In this document: positions 47,758 through 57,009 of the stretch, piece by piece
How positions within the stretch are numbered: the first letter of the stretch is position 1
Layout: every line of letters begins with the position of its first letter
DNA from: a virus
IMG/VR virus record: IMGVR_UViG_3300012950_001127
Span: 1 to 64,000 of that record
Direction: 5' to 3' (one strand)
DNA length: 64,000 nucleotides
Notes under the pieces: model-generated
The model's input: only the letters and a program-made list of their open reading frames with translations
What the model was told of the DNA's origin: nothing
Databases searched by the model: none
Program-made: the position numbers and the translations under genes

Positions 47758-48263
47758 TAGCGTGTAAAGTTTGTGAATTTGAAGTTAACAATTCTATGAG
47801 ACATAGTTTGGTTAAAAATATATGCCCAGCTTGTGGGGCTGCACTTTTCGGTGATTTTCATATGCGAAGACTTAATCTTTTGAAGCAAAAGATTTTAGAG
47901 CAAGAATTTTCCGAAGCGTTGGATGAAAGCAGTCTTTTTGACATTTGTTTATTCATTCTTACTGAGTTTTTTGTTAGCAAGCCAGGAATAGTAAACACAA
48001 AATTAGATCAAGGTAATATGCTCGATATTAGTATGGACGAACAAGGTTTGGAAGAAGGCGAGTTGATTGATTTTAGCGAAGCCGAGCCTGACCAGTCTTA
48101 TGATGAAATTAGAGATGAAATTAGAAAAGAGGTCCTAGCAGATGTTGATGAGGAGCTTGTTGAGGCGGAGGAAGATTTGCGAATCGCAAGACTCAAAAGA
48201 ATAGCGAAAGAATCGCCTACGAATAAAAACCCAGGCGCTATAGTTAGGCGGGTAACGGATTGA
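47754..48263 (+). CDS. Hypothetical protein with N-terminal zinc ribbon and acidic C-half
   Basis: CKVC...CPACG. Confidence 0.7.
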   Translation: MIACKVCEFEVNNSMRHSLVKNICPACGAALFGDFHMRRLNLLKQKILEQEFSEALDESSLFDICLFILTEFFVSKPGIVNTKLDQGNMLDISMDEQGLEEGELIDFSEAEPDQSYDEIRDEIRKEVLADVDEELVEAEEDLRIARLKRIAKESPTNKNPGAIVRRVTD

Positions 48264-48610
48264 TTAGAGCGGTTGCAAATAAAAGGCTTGACCTTAATGA
48301 TAATGAGTATGATTATTTTTTAGATCTAAAAAATCAGTTTGGCGAAGATGATTTTCGACAAATTTTTGATACTGATAAAAACGGAATAATAACTGCTATT
48401 AGCCCTCCAGTAGATAGGTCAGTATCTTTGGGCATTCTTTTTTTTATGCTAAACATTATGATGAACCAAAGACTTAGAATGCTCGATGACAAGATAACAA
48501 AAATTTTAGTTTTTGAGAAAAATATTGACATGTTGGGCATGGTGCCTAATATAGTTGAAAGATTAGAGAAAATAGAGAAATTAACAAGCCCGGAGGAGAA
48601 TAATGGCTAA
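48260..48610 (+). CDS. Hypothetical protein
   Basis: Coupled to its neighbours by overlapping stop/start. Confidence 0.65.
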   Translation: MIRAVANKRLDLNDNEYDYFLDLKNQFGEDDFRQIFDTDKNGIITAISPPVDRSVSLGILFFMLNIMMNQRLRMLDDKITKILVFEKNIDMLGMVPNIVERLEKIEKLTSPEENNG

Positions 48611-49157
48611 GCTATTTGAAAAGGTTTCAATAAATGGATTTTCTATTGAAGATATAGATATAACTCCAGTAGAGGAGTTGAGTAATCTTTTGCCAAAAAA
48701 TGGTGTTATTGATATAAACATTGCAGAAAAGGGCTTAGTATATACTTTGGAAGGACAGAACTTTTGCCAAGAAAAAGTAGCACAATTAGATAGATGGATA
48801 GGCTTTTTAGAGTCAGAAAAAAACAAGGCATGGTCAGATGCTGCCCTAAATAAGGCAAAGCAGGCAGGACATAAGACGGTAAAAGACAAAGAGTGGTATG
48901 CACAGTCAGATGATGATTACGTTAATGCGTATAATTCTTTGGCTTTAGCGAAAGCTTGTAAAAAATGGCTAGAGAATAAAACGGCCTATTTTTCAGGTTG
49001 GCATTATGCATTAAAAACTTTCCTGCGTAGAGATTATGCTATTGAAAATGCCAGCGGCACAAAGTATAATGCAGGAACAGATTATAATCCATTCCCTACA
49101 GATGTAGGGAAAGAAGATGATTTCGCAGATGGCGAAAACGACATAGAGTGGAAATAA
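48603..49157 (+). CDS. Possible UvsY-like recombination mediator
   Basis: Helical protein with KTVKDKEWYAQSDDDY pattern; next to SSB, RuvC and RecA; acidic tail. Confidence 0.4.
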   Translation: MAKLFEKVSINGFSIEDIDITPVEELSNLLPKNGVIDINIAEKGLVYTLEGQNFCQEKVAQLDRWIGFLESEKNKAWSDAALNKAKQAGHKTVKDKEWYAQSDDDYVNAYNSLALAKACKKWLENKTAYFSGWHYALKTFLRRDYAIENASGTKYNAGTDYNPFPTDVGKEDDFADGENDIEWK

Positions 49158-49168
49158 ACTTTAGACTT

Positions 49169-49218
49169 TAGCATAAATCCGCAATGTTGCGGTTAAGCTA
49201 CAAACGTGACAATGTCAC
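49169..49218 (+). promoter_or_regulatory. Structured leader of the SSB gene (two hairpins with a CAATGT core)
   Basis: CCGCAATGTTGCGG (49179-49192) enclosed by TAGC/GCTA, and GTGACAATGTCAC (49206-49218). Confidence 0.5.
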
Positions 49219-49237
49219 ATATAAATAAGGAGAAAAA

Positions 49238-49861
49238 ATGTCAACAATGGTATTTGGAGAAGTAGATTGGAATTCGGCAGACTCTGGCGGAACTAAGTCA
49301 GACTTTATACGACTTGAAGAAGGCGAGAACACAGTTCGTGTTATGGGTAATCCGGTGCAATTTTATATTCACTGGGTAGTAAAGCCAGACGGAAGTCGTC
49401 AAAAGGTAAATAGTCCGGTAGAACATCCCGAACTTGTTCGCAGATTAGAGGATTCTGGATTTAGGCGTCAAGCGCGATGGCTAATAAAGGTCTTGGACCG
49501 AACCGACAACCAGTTCAGACTGCTTGAGGTCGGCCCGCAGATTTATAATGGAGTTAAGGCTCTGTACAATAATAGTCGCTGGGGCAAGGTGACTGCTTAT
49601 GATATTACTATCTGCAAGGGGCCTAAGGGACAGCAGCCTTTATATAGCGTTACCCCTAATCCAAAAGATGCACTAGATTCTGATTTAAAGACTACCTTTG
49701 TAGAATTTAATGATCGAATCAATATAGAGCGTTTAATCACTCCTTCTGGAGCTATGGACGTGTGCGAGCACATGGGTTGGGATCCAAGCACGTATATGAC
49801 TGAGGACTCTGGAGAGGGAACCTCGGCTGGAGATGATGATTTCGATTTCGATTTCGAATAA
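49238..49861 (+). CDS. Single-stranded DNA-binding protein (gp32-like)
   Basis: FIRLEEGENTVRV, YIHWV, YDITI.K...YSV.P; acidic aromatic tail DDDFDFDFE. Confidence 0.8.
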   Translation: MSTMVFGEVDWNSADSGGTKSDFIRLEEGENTVRVMGNPVQFYIHWVVKPDGSRQKVNSPVEHPELVRRLEDSGFRRQARWLIKVLDRTDNQFRLLEVGPQIYNGVKALYNNSRWGKVTAYDITICKGPKGQQPLYSVTPNPKDALDSDLKTTFVEFNDRINIERLITPSGAMDVCEHMGWDPSTYMTEDSGEGTSAGDDDFDFDFE

Positions 49862-49888
49862 AAATTTCTAATTAATTTAGAAAATATT

Positions 49889-49921
49889 AAGCGCATAAAG
49901 TAACATCTTTATGCGCTTTTT
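49889..49921 (+). terminator. Rho-independent terminator after SSB
   Basis: AAGCGCATAAAG-TAACAT-CTTTATGCGCTT followed by a T-run. Confidence 0.85.
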
Positions 49922-49924
49922 ATT

Positions 49925-50461
49925 ATGATAAGAATAATTGGTTTAGACATATCTTCTGCCGTTATAGGCTGGGCTTTACTGGAATATGATGACAAGTCTG
50001 TTCATTTGATTGAACATGGCTGCATTAAGCCTCCAAAGAGCTCTAAGGGAACCCTTACATACAGGGTCAATGACGCTTATGATGAAATATATGATTTTTT
50101 TAAATTAAAAGCCCCAGATATTGTTGCATCTGAGGCATATGTGAATAAATTCACAAGAGGGAGAAGCACGGCAAGGACAATAATTGTATTGTCAGTATTT
50201 AATGAGATTTCATCACTTGCGTGTTTGCGTGCGCTTGAATACGAGCCATATAAATATGCAGTTATGACAATCCGATCTAAGTTATCAAAACTTGCTGGAT
50301 ATAGGATAATATCCAAAGATGACTGCTTTGAATTTGTAAAGAAATATTTCCCATCATTTAAAGTAAAAACAAACAGAAATGGTAAAATAGCAAAAGAGAG
50401 TTATGACGAAGCTGACGCGATTGCGGTTGCTTTAACTCATATAATTAAGAAGAGGGAATAA
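49925..50461 (+). CDS. ruvC: RuvC-like Holliday junction resolvase
   Basis: IIGLDIS...GWA, PDIVASE, DEADAIAVA. Confidence 0.85.
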   Translation: MIRIIGLDISSAVIGWALLEYDDKSVHLIEHGCIKPPKSSKGTLTYRVNDAYDEIYDFFKLKAPDIVASEAYVNKFTRGRSTARTIIVLSVFNEISSLACLRALEYEPYKYAVMTIRSKLSKLAGYRIISKDDCFEFVKKYFPSFKVKTNRNGKIAKESYDEADAIAVALTHIIKKRE

Positions 50462-52113
50462 TGAGTAAAGATTTGACTTTTGGAAAAGATGCACGAAATA
50501 AGATTTTCTCAGGCGTTGAGAAGCTGGCCTCAACTGTTGCCGTAACAATGGGGCCTCAGGGAAAGAATGTTATATTTGGAATATATGGAGGAGCTGCAGC
50601 TCCATTGATAACAAAAGATGGGGTATCTGTCGCAAGACAGGTTACTTTGCATGATCCGGTTGAAGAATTGGGGTGTCAATTGGTAAAAGAGGTGGCTGCA
50701 AGAACTGCGGCTGTAGCCGGAGACGGCACTACAACAGCGACCGTTTTGACACACGCAATTTTAAAAGCAGGTAATGAGTTAATCACAAACAATTATAGCC
50801 CCCTTCTGTTTAGGCGGGGTATTGAATGGGCTACAAGCGAAGTGGTTAAGGTTTTAAACCAAATGGCAACAGAGGCTGATAGTCTTGAGACTATTAAAAA
50901 CATTGCAACAATTTCTGCAAATAATGACGAAGAGATGGGAAGGAATATAGCAGAAGCGTTTAACGCGGTCGGGCTTGACGGAACTGTTGCGGCAGAAGCA
51001 CATCCTGGAGCGGCAACCTCTGTGCGATACACAGATGGTATAGAGCTTAAGTCAGGATATATTACAACTGCTTTTTTAACGGAGGCTGGGCAGACAGAGA
51101 TTTGTCTTGAATCATGCAGAGTCTTAATATGCAATCAAGAGATAACCAACCTAATAGGATGGCTAGACTTATTAAATGAAGTTTCTGACAAAGGGGTGCC
51201 GTTGTTAATTTTGTCTAAGACATTAAAGCAGGAAGCTTTGACGACCATTGTTACAAATAATAAGCTTGGCAGAATAAAGGCAGTTGCTGTTGAGATTCCT
51301 GCCTTTGGGGCGAAGCAAGATGAATGGCTAGAGGATTTGGCCTCATTGGTTGACACGGTTGTTTGTGGCGATAAGACGGGCCACTCTATCAGGGAATTGA
51401 AGCTTGATGATCTTGGATTCGCAGAGAAAGTCATTGTGGGCAAATACGCTACTAAAATAATTGGAAGCAGAAAAAACAAAGAGAGAATAAGCGAGAGGCT
51501 TAGCTTTTATTCGGAAGACGCTCAAAAGCTCTTGGGAGAAAACGAGCGCCGAGATATACAGAAAAGAATTTCTTTTTTAAATAACAAAGCTGCAGTTATA
51601 TCGGTCGGATACTCAACGGAAGTAGAGCTTAGAGAGAAGGGGGATAGGCTCGATGATGCCTTGAGTGCCACCAGGGCCGCCATAGAAGAGGGGGTTGTTG
51701 CAGGAGGGGGAGTGGCACTTCTGAGAGCCTCTAATATGGTTGATTTATCAAAGATAGATGAGAATCTTTTGCCAGCTGTGCAGGTTTTGCTCGGAGCCTG
51801 CAAGGCTCCTATGGCGCAAATTGTTACAAATGCATATGAGGATCCAGACAAAATAATGAAAAAAGTATTAAAATCAAATAATTTAAATTTTGGCTATAAT
51901 GCTGCAACTGGTAGCTTTGAAGACCTTTTAGATTCTGGAGTTATAGACCCCAAAAAGGTAACTAGAATTGCATTGGAAAATGCAGTGAGCGTATCTTTGC
52001 TTCTTATTAATACCGAAGCTGTAATTTCTGATTCGCCAGAAGATCCCTCTGCATGGCAAGCCCCCGGAGGTTGGAGGCCGCCATCAAAAAGTGGATTAAA
52101 TCACGATTATTAA
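50461..52113 (+). CDS. groEL: Chaperonin GroEL (phage copy 2, divergent)
   Basis: TMGPQGKNV, TKDGVSVA, GDGTTTAT, EEGVVAGGG, GVIDP; Trp/Pro-containing C-tail instead of GGM. Confidence 0.96.
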   Translation: MSKDLTFGKDARNKIFSGVEKLASTVAVTMGPQGKNVIFGIYGGAAAPLITKDGVSVARQVTLHDPVEELGCQLVKEVAARTAAVAGDGTTTATVLTHAILKAGNELITNNYSPLLFRRGIEWATSEVVKVLNQMATEADSLETIKNIATISANNDEEMGRNIAEAFNAVGLDGTVAAEAHPGAATSVRYTDGIELKSGYITTAFLTEAGQTEICLESCRVLICNQEITNLIGWLDLLNEVSDKGVPLLILSKTLKQEALTTIVTNNKLGRIKAVAVEIPAFGAKQDEWLEDLASLVDTVVCGDKTGHSIRELKLDDLGFAEKVIVGKYATKIIGSRKNKERISERLSFYSEDAQKLLGENERRDIQKRISFLNNKAAVISVGYSTEVELREKGDRLDDALSATRAAIEEGVVAGGGVALLRASNMVDLSKIDENLLPAVQVLLGACKAPMAQIVTNAYEDPDKIMKKVLKSNNLNFGYNAATGSFEDLLDSGVIDPKKVTRIALENAVSVSLLLINTEAVISDSPEDPSAWQAPGGWRPPSKSGLNHDY

Positions 52114-52123
52114 GGAGTATATA

Positions 52124-53266
52124 ATGACAAGAAAACTATCAATGTCAGAAGCTGAAAAGGAAGTAATTAAGTTTTTTGGAGAAGACACAGTATTTTTTGA
52201 CGGAAATATCAGCACTAGATATGAAGCAATAAGTACTGGCAGCCCAAAGCTAGATGAAGCTATAGGTATAGGGGGAATTCCTATGGGCAGAATTACGCAA
52301 TTTGCAGGCCAGGAAAGTTCTGGAAAGACTATGCTTGCACTCTCTTGCATTAAGAGTTATTTAGATGCAAATCCCAATAATACAGCGCTTTTTATTGATG
52401 CGGAATATACTTATGATCCAGAGTGGGCCCAGAGTCAGGGTGTTGATATATCTAGAGTCATGGTCATAAAAACTAATGATGCAAAAGCAATTTTTGAAGG
52501 ATTAATCGGCACTATGAAGACTAATTCTAAAACTAAAAAAGTTTCAAAAAATATGAAAGGCATTTTAGATTACGTAATAGAAGGAGAGGATCCAAGATTT
52601 AAAGATCTTGGGATAATTGTTCTTGATTCAATTGCGGTATTAAATACTCCGCTGGAGATTTCTGCAGATATTGGCAAAGCAAATATGGCGCCAATCCCTA
52701 GATTTCTATCTACAGAATTAAAAAAGCTTACTCCGATTGTTGCACAAGCAAATGTTGTATTTATTGGCATTAATCAAGTTCGTGTAAATTTAGGTCAGAT
52801 GTTTGGAGATCCAACGACTTCTCCGGGCGGAAAGGCACTCAAGCACGCGTGCAGTTTGATGATAAATATGGCTCCAGTTTTTAGTGCTGATTCTGTTATA
52901 AAGAATAATGCTGGAGATAAGATTGGACATACTGTGCGAGCAAAGATTCAAAAAAATAAAGTTGGCGCTCCTTACAGGCAGGCGGAGTATAAAGTAAAAT
53001 ACAAGAAAGGTATAGTAAATATTGAAGAAGAAGTTTTTGATCTAGCTGTAAAGTACGGGATTATCGAAAGGCCAAGTAGTCAAAGTTATCTCATAGATGG
53101 TGAAAAAATTCGTGGACGAGAGAGTGCTATAAGCGCCTTTTCAAGCAATGATTCTGTAGTAAAAAGTTATAACGAATCAATTAGAGATTTATATATTGGT
53201 GGCACAACTCCTGACACTGCAAAGGAAGAGTTGCAAGAAAATAGTTTAATTAGCGCAATAGAGTAG
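52124..53266 (+). CDS. recA: RecA/UvsX recombinase
   Basis: ISTGS..LD.AIGIGGIP.GRI, GQESSGKT, FIDAE, VLDSIA, INQVR, PGGKALK, KNKV. Confidence 0.95.
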   Translation: MTRKLSMSEAEKEVIKFFGEDTVFFDGNISTRYEAISTGSPKLDEAIGIGGIPMGRITQFAGQESSGKTMLALSCIKSYLDANPNNTALFIDAEYTYDPEWAQSQGVDISRVMVIKTNDAKAIFEGLIGTMKTNSKTKKVSKNMKGILDYVIEGEDPRFKDLGIIVLDSIAVLNTPLEISADIGKANMAPIPRFLSTELKKLTPIVAQANVVFIGINQVRVNLGQMFGDPTTSPGGKALKHACSLMINMAPVFSADSVIKNNAGDKIGHTVRAKIQKNKVGAPYRQAEYKVKYKKGIVNIEEEVFDLAVKYGIIERPSSQSYLIDGEKIRGRESAISAFSSNDSVVKSYNESIRDLYIGGTTPDTAKEELQENSLISAIE

Positions 53267-53274
53267 GAGATATA

Positions 53275-53646
53275 ATGATAGTAAGATGTAATGTTGGATG
53301 CAGATTGACAGACGGGATCACAGATGCCTCGCTTGATTTGGATACAAATAATGCCATGTGCAATGAGTGCGGAGAGGTGCTGACCGATGTGTCTGAATAT
53401 TCAAAGCTTTCTATGAAGACTAATGGTGATATATTAAGAACAAAAAAGAAAAAAGCTTTTGTATTTCCATGTCAAACATGCAATGAGGACGTTGAGACAG
53501 AGTTTGTTTCAAGCAGACTTGTAGGGAAAGCTTGTCCGAATAATCAAGATGGGTGCAAGATAGATATAACTCAACATATGGTAAAAGCAATTGAGGAGAC
53601 AAAAATAATTAGCGATAAGATAAAGGAACATGATGCAAGCGAATGA
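53275..53646 (+). CDS. Zinc-finger hypothetical protein
   Basis: CxxxC, CNEC, CQTC and C...C pairs. Confidence 0.7.
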   Translation: MIVRCNVGCRLTDGITDASLDLDTNNAMCNECGEVLTDVSEYSKLSMKTNGDILRTKKKKAFVFPCQTCNEDVETEFVSSRLVGKACPNNQDGCKIDITQHMVKAIEETKIISDKIKEHDASE

Positions 53647-54391
53647 AATAAATAAACTTATTTCCATATGCCATAGTAATCTTAAAAATTCAAAAAAGTG
53701 TTTAAAGTATTTGATAAAAGATAGATTTTTGGATAAAGAAAGTATTTTGAAATATAAAATAGGATTCTTTCCGCAAAATATCTCTATGCTAAAAGAACAT
53801 GTATCAGAAGATGTTTTAACTAAGGCAAGTATTTTAGATTATTATAACAATAGTAGTGATTTTTCTAATTATTTTTATTTAATATTCCCAATTTTTTCTG
53901 AATTTAATGATCCAATAGGTATAAGCGGCAGATCACTTATGCCTGATGAAGAGAGGGCGGTATTAGGCATTCCTAAATATAAAAATTCGTCATATAAAAA
54001 AGCTAATATTTTATACGGATTAAACTTTTCTAAAGACAAGATATTGAAATCTAATAATGTTTATATTTTAGAAGGATACTTTGATCACCTGTCTCTAAAC
54101 AAATCTGGCATTTATAACTCTGTTGCAATATGTGGAACTGCTTTTTCTCAAAAGCATTTTTTGAAACTTGCAAGATATTCTGATAAAATGACGTTTATAC
54201 TTGATGCAGATTCGGCTGGTCAAAAAACGGCAGAGAGAATTTTTAACAAATATTCTAATAAGGGGATAAAGTTGCGCTTTTTAAGGGTTCCGGAACCATA
54301 CAAAGATATAGATGAGTATTTTTCTGACCCAATTAATAGTAAGGCTACATTTTTTAAAGATTTTAAACAATTTATTCCAAACACATGGTAG
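53630..54391 (+). CDS. dnaG: DNA primase catalytic core (DnaG TOPRIM) lacking the zinc-binding domain
   Basis: LIFPI, GISGR, PKYKNS, K..ILYG, EGYFD, VAICGTA, DADSAG, KDIDEY. Confidence 0.9.
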   Translation: MMQANEINKLISICHSNLKNSKKCLKYLIKDRFLDKESILKYKIGFFPQNISMLKEHVSEDVLTKASILDYYNNSSDFSNYFYLIFPIFSEFNDPIGISGRSLMPDEERAVLGIPKYKNSSYKKANILYGLNFSKDKILKSNNVYILEGYFDHLSLNKSGIYNSVAICGTAFSQKHFLKLARYSDKMTFILDADSAGQKTAERIFNKYSNKGIKLRFLRVPEPYKDIDEYFSDPINSKATFFKDFKQFIPNTW

Positions 54392-54397
54392 GGTTAT

Positions 54398-54856
54398 ATG
54401 GCGAAAAAAAGTAGCTCATATCAATATAAAATTGTTGAGATTTCATTTGATCAAGCAAAGTTAAATAATTTTTCATCAGAGCGAGGCATAAGCAACGTGC
54501 TGATGGAAAACTCATGTGATGAGCGAATATCGGATTTAAAAGAAGAATTATTAGATCAGTTATATGAAATAATAAATGGAGATTATTTAACTGGGCATCA
54601 GAAGAAAATATTATTTATGAGATTAATGGGGAAGACTCAGAACCAAATAGCTGAACATTTAGGCATAACGCAATCTGCTGTACATAAAGCTATGCATGGA
54701 AATATTGACTATAAAAATCATAAAAAGAGATATGGCGGGATAATAAAGAAGCTTAAGAAGATATGCAAGAATAAACCTGAAATTTTAAAGACATTAGAGC
54801 AAATTTCAAAAGTAAAAAATGGAGACTCTGATTCACCTACTAATTTAAAAGAATAG
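54398..54856 (+). CDS. Sigma70 region-4-like HTH protein
   Basis: LTGHQKKILFMRLMGKTQNQIAEHLGITQSAVHK. Confidence 0.75.
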   Translation: MAKKSSSYQYKIVEISFDQAKLNNFSSERGISNVLMENSCDERISDLKEELLDQLYEIINGDYLTGHQKKILFMRLMGKTQNQIAEHLGITQSAVHKAMHGNIDYKNHKKRYGGIIKKLKKICKNKPEILKTLEQISKVKNGDSDSPTNLKE

Positions 54857-54942
54857 CATTAAGTTTTGTAGGTTTGAGGCAAATATAAGTTGGAAATTAT
54901 TTCTATTAATAAACTTAAGTTTTACAGCAGGGAGTATATCTA

Positions 54943-55425
54943 ATGTCTGAAATAGACGAAGTGCTTATTAAATTATTTCGCGAACAGTCTTCTGACCCTT
55001 CCGATAAAAACGTATTACCTTTAGATGGTGGCGTTAAAATAAAAAAGATTGCGTTTGATATGTTTAAGGTGTTGGACGACAAACATGAAGACTTGTGGAA
55101 AGTAGAGAGCATCGATGGGGCTGATTTTTTAGTTAGATGCACAGACACTCCTTCGTTGCAAGTCAAGGAGAGTGGAGATTGGTCTGCAGTTGCTAATTAC
55201 GATTGCGACAATGTAACTCTTTCATATAAGAGTGTTCCAATTTGCGCTTTTTCGTCCGACGAGTATGAGTTCGATAAGAATAGTATTTTTTCATTTAAAT
55301 CGGCTCTTTTAGATATTGTGGAGGAAGATAGCCACTTTGTTAAGAATGTTATTGCTAGTCAGCCAAGTGCAAAAATTGAAGTTTTAAGTAATATTTTCCC
55401 CGAAATAAAAGAAATAATAAAGTAG
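54943..55425 (+). CDS. Hypothetical protein (putative virion/late gene)
   Basis: GGGAG RBS; TACTAAT (54838) and TATTAAT (54904) upstream; IKKIA site. Confidence 0.65.
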   Translation: MSEIDEVLIKLFREQSSDPSDKNVLPLDGGVKIKKIAFDMFKVLDDKHEDLWKVESIDGADFLVRCTDTPSLQVKESGDWSAVANYDCDNVTLSYKSVPICAFSSDEYEFDKNSIFSFKSALLDIVEEDSHFVKNVIASQPSAKIEVLSNIFPEIKEIIK

Positions 55426-55434
55426 GAAATTTAA

Positions 55435-56994
55435 ATGAAAGAAATAAATAGAATGGCAATGGAAGCACAGAGAGCTTTGGATAGACTTTCTAATGGAAAA
55501 ACATATACAACGGCTTATGTCGCAAATAGATTGCAAAAGTCAGCGTATCTTAACTCAAGAGACGCCCTAATATGCCATATGCGGGATGTTATAGCGAAAA
55601 GAGCTACCGAGCATAAGTTTACAACTCAAAAGGATATCGGACAATTATATGACAACCTGTATGGAATGTCCGGTGGACGATCTAAGTTTAGAGAGGTTTT
55701 GGGTGATTTGTTGCCTCATAAGCATGCGGCTTTGAATTTAGCGCCACAGGGCGCAGAGGCGGCGAGAATCCCGTGCGAAAATAAATTAGAACCATTATTC
55801 GGAGAAAGCAAACTATCTGAAGAATTGTCTGGCATATTTTCACTAAACAAGAAAGCTGTTTTTTCCACATATTCTGACAATACTATTAGAAAGGCAGAAA
55901 AGTTTGCTAAGCTACAATTAGAATCATTGGGATGGGTGCCGTTATCTGTAAAGGCCATCAGGTCCAATGAACATTTTGTTCTTTGCACAGCATCTATTGA
56001 TACCTCTGATTATACTCAGGTGAATATACCAATTCCGGTTCAGGTTACGAACGGCCTTCCCGCCCTTCCTAGGCACTTTGTGGCAGATGATAATCTAGTA
56101 ACCCTCAATAAGGAAAATGTATTTTTGTTTGTAAAAGATGCAAATAATCATCAAAAGAAGAGTGCTGTTAATAAATATGCTGCCCAAAGAGATATTCGAG
56201 AGCTGCGTGTAGATCAAGTGGTGGTTCCTGCTGCATTAGAGATGTATGCAGATCTTGAAGACAGCCTTATGGTTGCTGCATCTCACTTTAATAAAAACCA
56301 GATGGCAAAGGCAACTAATATTGTTGCCGCAGAGCTGTCTGGATGTGGGGTTCAAAATCCACAGATTAAAATTGCATCTTCAACGCCAAGAGGGCTAGTT
56401 TTGACTGCTAGTGTTCCAACGGCTATGGGAAGGGTTGATATAAATGTGCCCGTTGATATGCCGAACGGAACTCCAATTATCCCCAGAGCTTTTGTGATTG
56501 GAAATAAAACTTGCAAGTTAAACTCTGCCTCGATTCAAAGCTTGATTAGTATTGCTAATTCTAATAAGAATCTAAATAAGATATCTAGAGAAACTTTAGA
56601 AATGGGCAGACTTACTTATCATCAGCTTTTAGATACGATGATTGACGGAGTTTCGCGTGGTGATTATAAACAGGCAGAGAGCGCTTTGAGTGCGATTGAT
56701 TCAAAATTCGGTGGGCAGCAATATACATTTGCTCTAGATAAGTTTTCAAAGCTGTTAAAGCATTCATCCGCTGATTCAGATAGAGACCTTATGATTAAGA
56801 AGGCTCTTGAATCTGGAGATTTAATTTGGGTCACAACATCGGTTGAGCCATATTGTCCAAAGCTTGGTCTGCCTGCCAGCAAGGTTGATTTCGATGGCAA
56901 GGGTCGCCCTTATCCAATTAGAAGAAATTCTCAGACGAACAATCTGGGAGAGACTGGGGCGATGATTTCTACATCAAGAGTCGCATTATCATAA
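55435..56994 (+). CDS. Putative virion protein with an internally duplicated domain
   Basis: Two similar segments: L..LG...VLCTAS...V.IPIPV...NG.P.LPR.FV and L..CG...LVLTAS...V.INVPV...NG.P.IPR.FV. Confidence 0.65.
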   Translation: MKEINRMAMEAQRALDRLSNGKTYTTAYVANRLQKSAYLNSRDALICHMRDVIAKRATEHKFTTQKDIGQLYDNLYGMSGGRSKFREVLGDLLPHKHAALNLAPQGAEAARIPCENKLEPLFGESKLSEELSGIFSLNKKAVFSTYSDNTIRKAEKFAKLQLESLGWVPLSVKAIRSNEHFVLCTASIDTSDYTQVNIPIPVQVTNGLPALPRHFVADDNLVTLNKENVFLFVKDANNHQKKSAVNKYAAQRDIRELRVDQVVVPAALEMYADLEDSLMVAASHFNKNQMAKATNIVAAELSGCGVQNPQIKIASSTPRGLVLTASVPTAMGRVDINVPVDMPNGTPIIPRAFVIGNKTCKLNSASIQSLISIANSNKNLNKISRETLEMGRLTYHQLLDTMIDGVSRGDYKQAESALSAIDSKFGGQQYTFALDKFSKLLKHSSADSDRDLMIKKALESGDLIWVTTSVEPYCPKLGLPASKVDFDGKGRPYPIRRNSQTNNLGETGAMISTSRVALS

Positions 56995-57009
56995 AAACTG
57001 GAGTTTATA

